Part shown: one piece after another, positions 1 to 10,047 of the stretch
Numbering within the stretch: position 1 is the stretch's first letter
How the letters are laid out: every line of letters starts with the position of its first letter
Source of the DNA: an uncultured bacterium
Lineage (GTDB): Bacteria; Patescibacteriota; Minisyncoccia; Phycocordibacterales; DATDWN01
Reading direction: 5' to 3'
Length of the DNA: 64,000 nucleotides
NCBI GenBank assembly: GCA_903870365.1
Contig: CAIQCQ010000034.1
Span: 2,665 to 66,664, forward strand
Program-made: the position numbers and the translations under genes
Notes under the pieces: generated by a model
What the model saw: the letters and a program-made list of their open reading frames with translations, nothing else
The model's database searches: none
What the model was told of the DNA's origin: nothing

Positions 1-670
1 AACAGTCTGATCAGGGGCGGTAGTATGTGCCCCATAACTTCACACCCCTGATCAGAATCACAAGTATCACCTCCTTTTATGCCTCGCCGTGGCAGACTTC
101 CTAAGCTGGATCGCCCCCTTTCAAGGACTTGGTCATGGCAAAGTAATAATTACATATAAAACACAAAATCCACAGTAGGAGCTGTGGACAAGATACAAAC
201 AAAAAATGATTACGCGGTGAGGGATCCAGGGAGGAATCTGGTTTATACTCTCCCTCCCGCGTATTTTGGAGGAATTTTAAGCGATAGGCACCTCCTTTCA
301 GATGTCTGTGGATACCCTATCATCTATATACAAAAAAACAACTCCCGCAGGAGCTGTTGTACGAAAGAAATCATCTCGGGGGTGGGAGGAGGCCCAACAA
401 TTACACCACCCCCGAGACACAGACCTAGGGTCTCTCAGCTCTACCAAAAAGAGGAATAGAAAAAATAGAGCCGGATCCGTCTCAAGTCCAAAATCAATAT
501 AGCACACTCATTCTATTTAGTAAAGTAAAAAAATACAGCTCCATAGCCGGAGCTGTTCGCGCAGGGGACCACAAAGAAAGCTGCTCTTAGTGGCTGAGTG
601 GACGCGTCTAGTCGCGTTCTCATGATACTCAGAGATTTTGCCCTCCTTCGTATCCCCCCCTGCGCTCACT

Positions 671-1951
671 TTAAGATACCATGGTATATCGTTTCAAAAA
701 AGATTCTTTGTATTCAAAAAATTTTCCATCATATATAGACTGACGTATCGTATCTACAAGATGAATAATAAAATACAAATTATGAATGGATGATAATGTT
801 GACCCAAGCATTTCTTTGGATCGAAAAAGATGACAAATATATGCCCTCGTGTAATGTTGGCATGTATAACAACCACAATCAGATTCAATAGGAGTAACAT
901 CTGTTCGATAGCTATTATTTACAATATTCATCCGACCATCTTTGGTATACAACGTGCCATTTCTCCCCTGTCGAGTAGCGGCAACACAGTCAAATAAATC
1001 ACACCCATTTTCTACCGCACCAAACAAGTCGGCTGGCTCACCAATACCAAGTAAATGCCTCGGTTTATCTTCAGGTAAGATTTCATTGCACCACCGCACT
1101 GCGTGCATCATATCTTCTTTTTCAAACGAACCCCCAATACCAAAACCATCAAATCCCATTAGAGAGCTGTGTAATGTATCACCAGCCTCTAACGGGACAG
1201 GTCCTCTTGCTACCATTTCTGAAATTGTTTGTGCGGATTCTTTACGCAATCGTTCGGACCGGCCACCTTGGACAATACCAAACAGAGCCTGCTGTTCTGC
1301 GTGTCCACTATTTTTATGATAATCAAGTGATCTTTGAGCCCAGCGATGTGTTCGATCCAAAGCTTCGGCTTGATAGTGATCACTTTCATCTGGTGCAGTA
1401 CATTCATCAAATGCAAAAATAATGTCAGCACCAAGGTTGTGTTGAATATCGATTGATTTCTCTGGGGTAAAATAATGTGCTGAACCATCAACATGAGATC
1501 GAAAAGTCACACCGTTTGGATCGATCGTCGCTTTTCCGGGTCGCAACTCCACGTCCTCATCAATGGCATGCGTTTCAGGTAATAACAATTCCTTACGACT
1601 ATCTGAAATTTTACCGATCTTACGGTTGAATGCCGCGCCGAGAGAAAAAACCTGAAAGCCACCAGAGTCTGTCATAGTTGGGCCCGACCAGTTCATGAAC
1701 TTTCCCAATCCACCAGCGTCACGAACAATTTCATCTCCTGGCTGAAGGTACAGGTGATATGTATTGGCCAAGACCACCTGAGCACCCAAATCTTTGGTTT
1801 GTTCTGGTGTCAAAGCTTTGACAGTGGCTTTGGTCCCCACCGTCACAAATGCAGGCGTCTGAATGTCACCGTGAGATGTCTTCAAAATACCTGCGCGACC
1901 TAACGCATTTGGTAATTTTTTATTAATTTGAAATGAAATAGGTTTTTTCAA
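671..1951 (-). CDS. tgt: Queuine tRNA-ribosyltransferase (tRNA-guanine transglycosylase)
   Basis: Motifs ANTYHL, DSGGFQ, FDEC, HLLGIG and Zn site CGCYTC..H. TTG start. Carries a short in-frame MITE remnant (GPVPLEAGDTLHSSLMG). Confidence 0.96.
   Translation of the reverse strand: MKKPISFQINKKLPNALGRAGILKTSHGDIQTPAFVTVGTKATVKALTPEQTKDLGAQVVLANTYHLYLQPGDEIVRDAGGLGKFMNWSGPTMTDSGGFQVFSLGAAFNRKIGKISDSRKELLLPETHAIDEDVELRPGKATIDPNGVTFRSHVDGSAHYFTPEKSIDIQHNLGADIIFAFDECTAPDESDHYQAEALDRTHRWAQRSLDYHKNSGHAEQQALFGIVQGGRSERLRKESAQTISEMVARGPVPLEAGDTLHSSLMGFDGFGIGGSFEKEDMMHAVRWCNEILPEDKPRHLLGIGEPADLFGAVENGCDLFDCVAATRQGRNGTLYTKDGRMNIVNNSYRTDVTPIESDCGCYTCQHYTRAYICHLFRSKEMLGSTLSSIHNLYFIIHLVDTIRQSIYDGKFFEYKESFLKRYTMVS
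1154..1197. mobile_element. Short derivative of the TCCCGTTAGAG-TIR MITE, in frame inside tgt
   Basis: TCCCATTAGAG...CTCTAACGGGA inverted ends match the TIRs of the five full ~100-bp copies. Confidence 0.6.
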
Positions 1952-2221
1952 TTTTGAATTTTGAATTTTGAAACAATTTTTAATGATCCAATTTTTAACA
2001 AAACCTATCTAACTATTACTGTATCAAAATACTGTTCTTGAAAAGAAATTGTTTAGCTAGTTCGAAAGATTTTGAAGATTCAGTTATCTTTTCCATATAA
2101 TTTTATTTTTTAAAATAGATACTGGATTCCGGATCCCTAGTAGTAGAGCAAAGCTCACTACGGGACAGGCAAGCTCGGAATGACGAAAAAAATATTTTAT
2201 CTTTATGAATAAAGATCGGAA

Positions 2222-2340
2222 GCTTTCATAATTTCGCCAAGATCGCTTATAAAATTTAAAAAAGTGAGGAGGCGTACTTAGCAGTACGATGACGAGGATT
2301 TTTAAATTTTAGAAGATGAGATTGGTGAAATTTGGAAGTT
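2222..2340 (-). repeat. 3'-UTR long-hairpin repeat (family B)
   Basis: CTTTCATAATTTCGCCAA...TTGGTGAAATTTGGAAG with central CGTAC-N6-GTACG. Closely similar to 38775-38895. Confidence 0.8.
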
Positions 2341-2345
2341 TCCAG

Positions 2346-2819
2346 CTATTTTTGGACACTTACAAGCTCAACTTGAAAAACCAATGTAGACCCTCCAGGA
2401 ATGGGGCCGTAGTCGGTTGGGCCATACCCCAACTCCGGCGGTACAGTCAATATACGTGTTCCACCCACCTTCATCCCAATCAAACCCTGATCCCATCCAG
2501 AAATTACTTTTCCTGCACCAAGCACAAAAGTAAATGGTACACCTCGAGCAATAGAACTATCAAATACTTTTCCATCTGTAAATGCACCGACATAATTGAC
2601 CGTAAGCGTCTCGCCCGGAGCAGCCACATCACCGGTACCAAGGACAGTATCCTGAACAACAACTTGTGGAGTGGTTGATGCTACGACGACAGTCTCACCG
2701 CCTGGCAACATACCTGTTCTAAAGATAGACACGAGTAATCCACCAAAGACAAAGAAAAAACCAACAACGACAATACCAACGACCACTGCTATTTTTTCAT
2801 TTCTATTCAAAGTTTTCAT
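2346..2819 (-). CDS. FKBP-type peptidyl-prolyl cis-trans isomerase with N-terminal TM anchor
   Basis: VNYVG..DGKVFDSS, VISGWDQGL.GMKVGG.R.L..PPELGYG. ATG at 2819 preferred. Confidence 0.93.
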   Translation of the reverse strand: MKTLNRNEKIAVVVGIVVVGFFFVFGGLLVSIFRTGMLPGGETVVVASTTPQVVVQDTVLGTGDVAAPGETLTVNYVGAFTDGKVFDSSIARGVPFTFVLGAGKVISGWDQGLIGMKVGGTRILTVPPELGYGPTDYGPIPGGSTLVFQVELVSVQK

Positions 2820-2894
2820 ATAAAATATTTTAATTCTGGATTGAGGGCTCAAGCCCGGAATGACAGAAAGGGTTGGTTAATACAAATGTTTTTC

Positions 2895-3081
2895 GAGAGC
2901 CTATTGACAATCCCATGTCTGAATCAAACTCCAAAATTTTGATCAAAAATCACACAATTCGAGGAAACATATCGAGATACGTTGACGAGAAGTGGACGAT
3001 TTGTAGCCGAAATTTTGGAATTTGAGCAGACAAGCATTAGCCTAAGTCTTGTAAGATGTGTTGAGATTTGAATAGGCTCTC
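2895..3081. mobile_element. MITE-like element with 11-bp terminal inverted repeats
   Basis: GAGAGCCTATT...AATAGGCTCTC. Internal IR CAAA(C/T)TCCAAAATTT/AAATTTTGGAATTTG around a degenerate family-B core. Confidence 0.6.
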
Positions 3082-3127
3082 AGTAATTATATATGATATA
3101 GTACAAGACACAAGTAACAAAAAATAT

Positions 3128-3859
3128 ATGGATGAACACAATCTTAATGTACCTGGTAAAGATTTACCTGTCCGACCGCTGACAAAAGCCGAACTCCAAG
3201 AAACTGCACAGGAACGTGTGCACCTTATTTCAAAAGAATTTACCGAGGGATTTGAGTTTTTAGAGGATTATCCAAAATCTGTCACTTTTTTTGGTAGTGC
3301 TCGCAATGTAGAGGGTGATCCGATGTATGAAAAAGCAAGAAGTTTGGCAAAACGTATTACAACAGAACTCAAATACTCTATCGTTTCAGGTGGCGGTCCA
3401 GGTATCATGGAGGGTGCAAACCGCGGAGCCTTTGAAAATGCTGGTGAGTCTGTTGGTTTAACTATTGAATTGCCTGACAAAGGCCAAGCAACAAACCCAT
3501 ACATCAATAAAGGTGTTGATTTTTACTATTTCTTTGTTCGTAAAGTCTGTCTTGCATTTTCTGCCGAAGCCTATATCTTTTTCCCTGGTGGTTTTGGCAC
3601 CTTTGACGAAATGTTTGAGATCCTGACACTGGTGCAAACACACAAAATCGAACGTATACCCATTATCCTCGTTGGTAGTGAATTTTGGAGTGCGCTCGAC
3701 ACTCTGATGAAAAAAGAATTGCTTGGTCGAGGATTGATCGACCCAGAAGATACATCTCTCTATACTATTACAGACGACGAGAACGAGATCATAAATATTA
3801 TCAAAAACGCACCGGTCAGAAATGGCGAAGAGTTCAAAGGGCAAAAGTATGCGGGGTAA
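3128..3859 (+). CDS. LOG family (TIGR00730-type) nucleotide phosphoribohydrolase
   Basis: FGSAR, SGGGPGIMEGANRGA, PGGFGTFDE motifs. Confidence 0.9.
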   Translation: MDEHNLNVPGKDLPVRPLTKAELQETAQERVHLISKEFTEGFEFLEDYPKSVTFFGSARNVEGDPMYEKARSLAKRITTELKYSIVSGGGPGIMEGANRGAFENAGESVGLTIELPDKGQATNPYINKGVDFYYFFVRKVCLAFSAEAYIFFPGGFGTFDEMFEILTLVQTHKIERIPIILVGSEFWSALDTLMKKELLGRGLIDPEDTSLYTITDDENEIINIIKNAPVRNGEEFKGQKYAG

Positions 3860-3923
3860 TTTTGTACACATCTAATTGTGGTAAAAACTTTTTCTCTGGT
3901 ATCATTCTCCTGGAGATGATCTT

Positions 3924-4151
3924 TTGACTACACGCTACGCAGTAAACTACTGTTCACATGGTGAACACGAAAATGAGTTGGTAAGTTTCAAGGTTCGTAC
4001 TCTACTTGGCCGAACCACGAAAACTTGTCCAACCTGTCAGTATCGAAAACGAGAACGTCGTCGTGAACAAAAAAGAGCGCTTGTAGCTTCACTTATGCTC
4101 TTAATAACAACACTTGTCGCTTTCACACGACGAGTACTCGCAACCACGTAA
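3924..4151 (+). CDS. Orphan small protein (CxxC, basic stretch, C-terminal TM)
   Basis: GGAG SD before TTG, own -10 box, terminator GGAGACC/GGTCTCC after the stop. Confidence 0.55.
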   Translation: MTTRYAVNYCSHGEHENELVSFKVRTLLGRTTKTCPTCQYRKRERRREQKRALVASLMLLITTLVAFTRRVLATT

Positions 4152-4224
4152 CACAAAAGGAGACCTCCGGGTCTCCTTTGCTTTATAATTACTTATGAAA
4201 ACCGTATATTTTCACTTCCCCTCT

Positions 4225-4345
4225 GTCTTTCCCGCGAAAGCGGGAATTCAGGATCTTAATTTTAAATTTCGAATTTCTAATTTCGAAACAATGATTGAAT
4301 GTTTTAATTTTTGAAACACTGGATTCCCGTCTGCACGGGAATGAC
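4225..4345. repeat. Pair of CGTC/REP-like palindromes (ATTCCCG-N-CGGGAAT type) around heptamer repeats
   Basis: TTCCCGCGAAAGCGGGAATTCAG and CTGGATTCCCGTCTGCACGGGAATGAC. Similar units at ~6394-6508, 35271-35352, 2836-2864 and 51059-51085. Confidence 0.8.
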
Positions 4346-4353
4346 GGGGAGGG

Positions 4354-4575
4354 TTACTTATCCGCCAGCTCTTTTTTGATCTCAGTAAACTCATTCTCTA
4401 TCTCTTTGAGGCGTTCCTTTGAATCCTTTATCAACACTGCACCTTCTTTAATTAGTTCCAGACCCTTCTCGACATCAATCTCTTCTTGATTTTCAAACCA
4501 CGAAACAATTTTTCCCAACTGACTGAGTTTCTCACTGAGATCACCTTTATTTTCTTTGTGTGTTTCTTTTGTCAT
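4354..4575 (-). CDS. xseB: Exodeoxyribonuclease VII small subunit
   Basis: L..IV..FE...DVE..L....EG..LI......L..IE pattern; directly downstream of xseA. Confidence 0.88.
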   Translation of the reverse strand: MTKETHKENKGDLSEKLSQLGKIVSWFENQEEIDVEKGLELIKEGAVLIKDSKERLKEIENEFTEIKKELADK

Positions 4576-4674
4576 CCCGTTAAAGTTTTAATGAAATTTT
4601 TTAATAATTTAATAGTCTCTGTGATATGCAAATACGTCTACAATAACAATCCTATAGATACAACTCTCATGGGA
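4575..4674. mobile_element. Start-codon MITE inserted in the xseA-stop/xseB-start ATGA overlap
   Basis: TCA|TCCCGTTAAAG...CTCTCATGGGA|TCA; 100 bp with 3-bp duplication. Confidence 0.8.
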
Positions 4675-6012
4675 TCATGTACGTTTCGCATCTATCGTAC
4701 CATCTGCGACCAAAATCTGAAAATCCTCCCCCTCCTTTACATCACTCACCGAACGAACAACCTTGCCACCAGCCCGTGTAATAGACCAGCCAAGCTTGAG
4801 CTGCCGTTCTGGTGAGCGAGCTTCTAGTATTTTTTCATAATTCTCAATCTTATTCTGTACTGTCGTAACCAGTCGGGACGCTGCGGTAAACATGAGCCTG
4901 GTGTCCCGCTCTATATCCACCGTATAGCGAGCAATACTATGAGCGATTCTTTCTTCTGCACGACTCATGTACTGAAAATAATAATTAAACTTTTCAAAAA
5001 TGAGTCGAAAACTTTTTTCCATAATTTGTTCACCTTCTTCAAGCAGATAGATGCTGTCTCGCAGTGCATGTTCAAACGTAGACAATATACTTTGTTCGGC
5101 CAGCCTGACTTGCGATACAGCCTCGCGAAAACCAGCCGACAAAAGATTTGCCACCGCAGTTGGGGTAGAAACATTTTTATCTGAGACCATTCCCACCAGT
5201 GAAATGTCTTTATCATGACCAATACCAGTCAGGACTGGTGCGGGAAACGTGGCCACCGCTCGGACAAGCATCTCATTGTTGAATGCTTGAAATGATTCGA
5301 GCGAACCACCTCCACGCATCATGACCAGGACATCAACTTTTTTTGTGGCGAGTGTTTTAACTGCAGCCAGCAAATCTTTGATCGCTGCATCGCCCTCCAC
5401 TTTTGAATCAACAAAAATAATTTCAAACCCACATTTACCAATATTAGACAAAAAGTCGTTTATAACTGCACCAGATTTGGAAGTAATGACACCGATAGTA
5501 TGTGGGAACTCTGGGATTGGTCGTTTACGAGCCTCATCAAATAAACCTTCGGCTGATAACTTGGCTTTTAATTTCTCATAGGCTATTTGTAATGCACCCT
5601 CACCCACCAGTTCAATACTTTCCACCTGCAGACTAATAGTACCGTTTGGTTTGTATATACTCGGGTAAGCCGTGACAATAACCTCGAGACCGTCCTGTAG
5701 ATCAACTCCTGAAAGACTAAAATCCCGTTTCCACATAAAACAATTCAAGGTACTCTGGTCTACTTTATCCTTAATAGAATAATACAAATAACTCCGACCT
5801 TCGTACATTTTGACACCAGTCACTTCACCAATGATGCGAGCTTTTTGAGATTTCAGATTTTTATTAACCGAGTCAACATATTCTGACACCGACACAATCT
5901 CCTGCCCTACGACTGTCGTAGGCAGTTTCGATGAGAGTGGTTTTTTCACACTCCGTGTGGAAATATCTTTCTCGTTCTGTATGTTATTTTCAATTTCATC
6001 AAATAAATTCAT
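4675..6012 (-). CDS. xseA: Exodeoxyribonuclease VII large subunit
   Basis: OB fold; GVITSKSGAVINDF, RGGGSLE, TGIGHDKD, TPTAVA. Confidence 0.95.
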   Translation of the reverse strand: MNLFDEIENNIQNEKDISTRSVKKPLSSKLPTTVVGQEIVSVSEYVDSVNKNLKSQKARIIGEVTGVKMYEGRSYLYYSIKDKVDQSTLNCFMWKRDFSLSGVDLQDGLEVIVTAYPSIYKPNGTISLQVESIELVGEGALQIAYEKLKAKLSAEGLFDEARKRPIPEFPHTIGVITSKSGAVINDFLSNIGKCGFEIIFVDSKVEGDAAIKDLLAAVKTLATKKVDVLVMMRGGGSLESFQAFNNEMLVRAVATFPAPVLTGIGHDKDISLVGMVSDKNVSTPTAVANLLSAGFREAVSQVRLAEQSILSTFEHALRDSIYLLEEGEQIMEKSFRLIFEKFNYYFQYMSRAEERIAHSIARYTVDIERDTRLMFTAASRLVTTVQNKIENYEKILEARSPERQLKLGWSITRAGGKVVRSVSDVKEGEDFQILVADGTIDAKRT

Positions 6013-6102
6013 AATGAAATTATACTTTGAAACGGTAGTTCAAAATACTTGACTTTTTTGTATTAAGTGTGTTATTTTTCACCATAGGTAAGGAGACCCG
6101 AT

Positions 6103-6324
6103 ATGGAAGCACCATCAGAAAAATGGACCGAGGATGAAAGAAAAAGTGTTGTTTTAGCGGTTACAGAAATAATGCTCCAGAGCATAAGAGAACCTCAGCG
6201 ATCCATTGTGGGAGCATCGGAAGTGCAAGAATGGGCAGAAACAATAGATTTTGTTCTTACAAAAGATGCCCATTTTCTTCAGGTAAACCGGGGAAGAATT
6301 TTGAGAACAATTGGAATCAGATAA
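6103..6324 (+). CDS. Orphan small protein
   Basis: TTGACT-N17-TATTTT promoter, AAGGAG SD, downstream GC-rich terminator hairpin. Confidence 0.6.
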   Translation: MEAPSEKWTEDERKSVVLAVTEIMLQSIREPQRSIVGASEVQEWAETIDFVLTKDAHFLQVNRGRILRTIGIR

Positions 6325-6393
6325 CCCCCGCCACGTCGTCACAAAAAGTCCGACGGGCGGGCTTTTTGTTTATACAGATTCTCCTTCTCGCGC

Positions 6394-6508
6394 CATTCCC
6401 GTGCAGACGGGAATCCAGTGTATCCAATCATACTTATTATTACATCCTGGATCCCCGCCTTCGCGAGGATGACAAGAATGGGTGGATTCCAGGTCAAGAC
6501 GGGAATGA
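6394..6508. repeat. Cluster of three REP-like palindromes
   Basis: CATTCCCGTGCAGACGGGAATCCAG, CTGGATCCCCGCCTTCGCGAGGATGAC, GGATTCCAGGTCAAGACGGGAATGAC. Confidence 0.8.
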
Positions 6509-6560
6509 CAGAGAAGGAAAAGTTTCCACTTTCTAACTTGCACCTTTCAAAACTTTTAAA

Positions 6561-6941
6561 CTACTTCACTTCCAAATCAAGACACACACTATTCAAACAA
6601 TACCGTTTACCCGTTGGAGTTGGTCCATCAGTAAATACATGTCCTAAATGGCTCCTACACTTTGAACACGTGATTTCAGTCCGATGCATTCCCATTTCAT
6701 CATCACTTTTTTCTATGACACTTCCGGCAATTGCTTGGTCAAAACTCGGCCAACCAGTACCCGAATCAAACTTGGCGTCTGACATGAACAAGCCTTGTCC
6801 ACAAACCTTGCACTTATACATACCATCACGATCATCATGCAGTAGCTTGCCGCTAAATGGGGCTTCGGTCCCCTTTTCACGGAGAACTTTGTATTCTTCT
6901 GGTGTTAATTTTGCTTTTAACTCTTGTTCGTTTATGTCCAT
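6561..6941 (-). CDS. msrB: Peptide-methionine (R)-S-oxide reductase
   Basis: [32 protein letters not shown]. Confidence 0.97.
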   Translation of the reverse strand: MDINEQELKAKLTPEEYKVLREKGTEAPFSGKLLHDDRDGMYKCKVCGQGLFMSDAKFDSGTGWPSFDQAIAGSVIEKSDDEMGMHRTEITCSKCRSHLGHVFTDGPTPTGKRYCLNSVCLDLEVK

Positions 6942-6947
6942 ATTGTA

Positions 6948-7484
6948 TTAGTTATTTTTTAGTAAATTTGCAAACTGTTTCTGTACCTTCTCCAACTTTG
7001 GATTGATAATCACCTGGCAATACGGAGCGTAGCTGTGATTAGAAAAATAATCTTTATGATAATCCTCTGCCGGGTAAAAGACAGTGAGCATCTCTACCTC
7101 GGTCACAATTGGCGCACCTTCTTTGGTACTATTGAGATCTGCAATAAATTGCTCCGCCTCAGTCTTTTGCTCTGCCGTCGCACAAAAGATAGACGATCGA
7201 TACTGTGGACCAATATCCGCACCCTGTCTGTTTTTAGTAGTCGGATCATGGCTACCAAAAAACACCGTCAACAAGTCATGCAGTTTGACTTGTTCTGGAT
7301 CATAGACGATAGAGACTGCTTCAGCATGACCGGTGTCCCCTGTACACACTTGCTCATATGTTGGGTTCGGTACGTGACCACCAGTATACCCAGGTGTCAC
7401 AGACTCGACACCTTTCAACATTTTAAAGATAGCCTCTGTGCACCAGAAACAGCCACCGCCAAAAACAATTTGTTGTTTATTCAT
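6948..7484 (-). CDS. msrA: Peptide-methionine (S)-S-oxide reductase
   Basis: GGCFWC, TGHAE, QYRS, AEDYH. Confidence 0.97.
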   Translation of the reverse strand: MNKQQIVFGGGCFWCTEAIFKMLKGVESVTPGYTGGHVPNPTYEQVCTGDTGHAEAVSIVYDPEQVKLHDLLTVFFGSHDPTTKNRQGADIGPQYRSSIFCATAEQKTEAEQFIADLNSTKEGAPIVTEVEMLTVFYPAEDYHKDYFSNHSYAPYCQVIINPKLEKVQKQFANLLKNN

Positions 7485-7703
7485 CCCTCTATTATATCAG
7501 ACGTGTCAAGCGATACTACTTAATTTCGAATTTTGAATTTTGAATTTCCAATTTTGACATTGTTTTTTACGAACACAGTGAGTTAGAACTACAAGAAGTA
7601 CCCTTGTGGTAGAAACAAATTAAAATTTCTGAATGATTGGAAACAGCATCTAATTCAAAATTAAATCATTGAAACATTGTTTCAAAATTGGAAATTCGAA
7701 ATT

Positions 7704-8444
7704 TTACTTTGCCGGTACCAGCTTGCCAGCACACGTAGCACTCGCCCACAATCCAATTCCTCCCTCTCGGGCATATTTTTCTGTTGACCGAAATTCCGCT
7801 TGAAACTGATACGGTTTTTTATATGTGTACTCAAACCCATAGCCTTCTTGAATAATTTCTTCATCCACTAACACATCACCTAAATACACATACCGGAGCC
7901 AGCGACCATATTTATCAACATCATTTTGTGTTGGGTCTGTTTCTAGTCGCACAACGGTATCAGCTGGTAACATATGTTTGAGATATTCTGAGGCTTCTTT
8001 ACCAAAACACTGCACTGGTTTACGAGGATCAACTGTCTCCGGAGTATTCACCCCTATCAAACGGACCGTATGATCACCTCCAACATCACTATGGACGACA
8101 ACAGTATCGCCATCCACCACCCTGGTGACATAGTAACTATGCTCCGGCAATACCGTCTCCTGACTTTGTATGACCGCAGCACTTTGTTCACTCGTAAATG
8201 GTGTATGTGACGACGTATGTACTGCAACAATACTACAAATAAACACAAGGAGTGGGATCGCTATCATCAAAAAATATTTTTTATTCGAGAAATACCCCGT
8301 CAGCTTTGCTGCGGGGATTGGTATAACAGTATCGGCGGAGGCCGATTCTTCTTCAAACACAAAAGCCTGGTCCCGTCCCGCGGATACCTCGTCCCTTGTA
8401 GGGTGAGAATCAACGGGACGAGCTTTTTTATTTTGTCTCATCAT
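7704..8444 (-). CDS. Thermonuclease (SNase) family membrane-anchored nuclease
   Basis: RVVDGDT, VRLIGVNTPE, DKYGRWLRYV. The N-terminus is encoded by a repeat element. Confidence 0.9.
   Translation of the reverse strand: MMRQNKKARPVDSHPTRDEVSAGRDQAFVFEEESASADTVIPIPAAKLTGYFSNKKYFLMIAIPLLVFICSIVAVHTSSHTPFTSEQSAAVIQSQETVLPEHSYYVTRVVDGDTVVVHSDVGGDHTVRLIGVNTPETVDPRKPVQCFGKEASEYLKHMLPADTVVRLETDPTQNDVDKYGRWLRYVYLGDVLVDEEIIQEGYGFEYTYKKPYQFQAEFRSTEKYAREGGIGLWASATCAGKLVPAK
8277..8410 (-). repeat. Palindrome-ended (IS200/IS605-like) mini element, in frame within the nuclease N-terminus
   Basis: Shares GAAGAATCGGCCTCCGCCGATACTGTTATACCAATCC...GGTATTTCTCGAATAAAAAA with the intergenic copy at 28834-28966. 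Confidence 0.8.
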
Positions 8445-8496
8445 AGCGTATAGTATAGCTTCTCAGAGCAGTTTTTTGCTGTGTACAACCACAATT

Positions 8497-9060
8497 ATGA
8501 ACAAAAGTGACCAAGACATCATCACCGAATACTTGTCTGGCAATGAAATAGCGTTTAATGAGCTCATCCAGCGATATATGACCTCAGTGTACACTTTTAC
8601 CTATGGATTAACTCATTCTGTCCAAGATGCCGAAGACATCACTCAAGATACCTTTGTTAAAGCCTGGAAAAATATCAAAAAATACGACAAAAAATACACA
8701 TTTAAAACGTGGGTACTGACCATTGCTCGAAATACCACATATGACTTTTTTCGTAAGAAAAAAAACATTCCTTTTTCGGCTTTTGATAATACAGATGGAG
8801 ATAATGTTCTGACAGCTCAGCTTGCAGACGAGCAACCACTTGCTCTGGAAATCAGCGTACTGGCTGAAGACAAGGATATACTCGACACCGCCATCGAACA
8901 ATTACCTCCAGTCTACAAAGAAGTCATCTCCTTGCGATATGGTCAAGATTTGACGTTTGAAGAAATGAGTGTAGTTGTTAAACGCCCACTCAATACAGTC
9001 AAAAGCCAAGTTCGCCGAGGATTAATTGCACTCAAAGAAGTCCTTCGCGCACCAAAATAA
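8497..9060 (+). CDS. ECF RNA polymerase sigma-70 factor
   Basis: DAEDITQDTFVKAW, FKTWVLTIARN, region 4 TVKSQVRRG. Confidence 0.93.
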   Translation: MNKSDQDIITEYLSGNEIAFNELIQRYMTSVYTFTYGLTHSVQDAEDITQDTFVKAWKNIKKYDKKYTFKTWVLTIARNTTYDFFRKKKNIPFSAFDNTDGDNVLTAQLADEQPLALEISVLAEDKDILDTAIEQLPPVYKEVISLRYGQDLTFEEMSVVVKRPLNTVKSQVRRGLIALKEVLRAPK

Positions 9061-9076
9061 GCATTATTCACGTAAT
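9049..9076 (+). promoter_or_regulatory. Candidate ECF-type promoter GCACCA-N16-CGTA
   Basis: Spacing and CGTA -10 resemble SigW-type ECF promoters; it lies upstream of the membrane/efflux genes. Confidence 0.4.
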
Positions 9077-9096
9077 ATTTGATACACTTTACACAC

Positions 9097-9498
9097 ATGA
9101 AACATACACTCTCAGACAACCTCTCAGTCACCCCTCGAGAAAGTCTCTATGCCACTATAGTAGCTCGTATTGATATGGAAAAAGTTCGACACGCACGACG
9201 TCAATTTGGACGGCTCGTTTCAGGTGCAATCGCTTCTTTTGTACTTTTTATTGGAGCAGTACAATACGCTACACTCCAATTTACTCAATCAGAATTTCCA
9301 CAATATCTTTCTCTCATACTATCTGAAAAAACAGACCTTTTTAACTATTGGCGAGAATTTCTTTATGCCCTGACTGAGTCTTTGCCACTCCTTAGTATCA
9401 CCATATTCTTGGGAGCATTTGGAGTCATGCTTTTCTTTATACAAAAAACATTGAAAAACTTTGGATCGGTATTACCACACGCCACACTTATCTCTTAA
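9097..9498 (+). CDS. Membrane protein, putative anti-sigma factor
   Basis: Two hydrophobic segments; directly follows the ECF sigma gene. Confidence 0.6.
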   Translation: MKHTLSDNLSVTPRESLYATIVARIDMEKVRHARRQFGRLVSGAIASFVLFIGAVQYATLQFTQSEFPQYLSLILSEKTDLFNYWREFLYALTESLPLLSITIFLGAFGVMLFFIQKTLKNFGSVLPHATLIS

Positions 9499-9507
9499 TA
9501 TATTTTT

Positions 9508-10020
9508 ATGCAAGAACAAAACCACACACCATCACATATACGAAGTTTTTTTGAGTCACCATTAATACGTACGGTAATCTCAAAAATACTGATTGTGATT
9601 GTTGGCGTCATTATTGTCGCTTGTATATTTTTGGTTGGCGAAACAGTCGGTTATCACAAAGTTGAAACTTCATATCGTTTTGGCGAAAATTACAACCGTA
9701 TTTTTGAAGGCCAACAGGGTATGCACAATATATTTCTCATGCCTATAGATAATATGTTTTCTGGTACACATGGAGCGTTTGGTAAAATTGTCAAAATAAC
9801 ACTTCCTCAAGTTGTCATTGTCGGACAAGATGGATTAGAAAAAATTATTGTTCTCAATGATGATTCAATTATTAAAGAATTTCGTGGTGATGTCTCTTCA
9901 TCTAGTTTGAGTGTCGGAGACACGATTACTGTCCTCGGGTCTCCTGATGACACTGGGCAAATAACTGCAAAACTGATCCGCGTCGTTCCGAGTACTGCAA
10001 CATCAACTAACATCAAATAA
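9508..10020 (+). CDS. Membrane-anchored OB-fold (DUF5666-like) protein
   Basis: N-terminal TM; LSVGDTITVLG....G.ITAKLIRV. Confidence 0.65.
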   Translation: MQEQNHTPSHIRSFFESPLIRTVISKILIVIVGVIIVACIFLVGETVGYHKVETSYRFGENYNRIFEGQQGMHNIFLMPIDNMFSGTHGAFGKIVKITLPQVVIVGQDGLEKIIVLNDDSIIKEFRGDVSSSSLSVGDTITVLGSPDDTGQITAKLIRVVPSTATSTNIK

Positions 10021-10047
10021 CACAACACACTAATATCACACATCACC

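Noticed and set aside
105-122. 16S rRNA gene fragment
   Set aside because: Only an 18-nt similarity to the 16S 3' end; the flanks do not resemble rRNA.
6231-6536. ORFs across REP-like clusters (also 6418-6951, 4295-4489, 50257-50557)
   Set aside because: These are translations of palindromic repeats (e.g. WIPAFARMT, LDSRLHGND) or antisense overlaps, with no gene signals.
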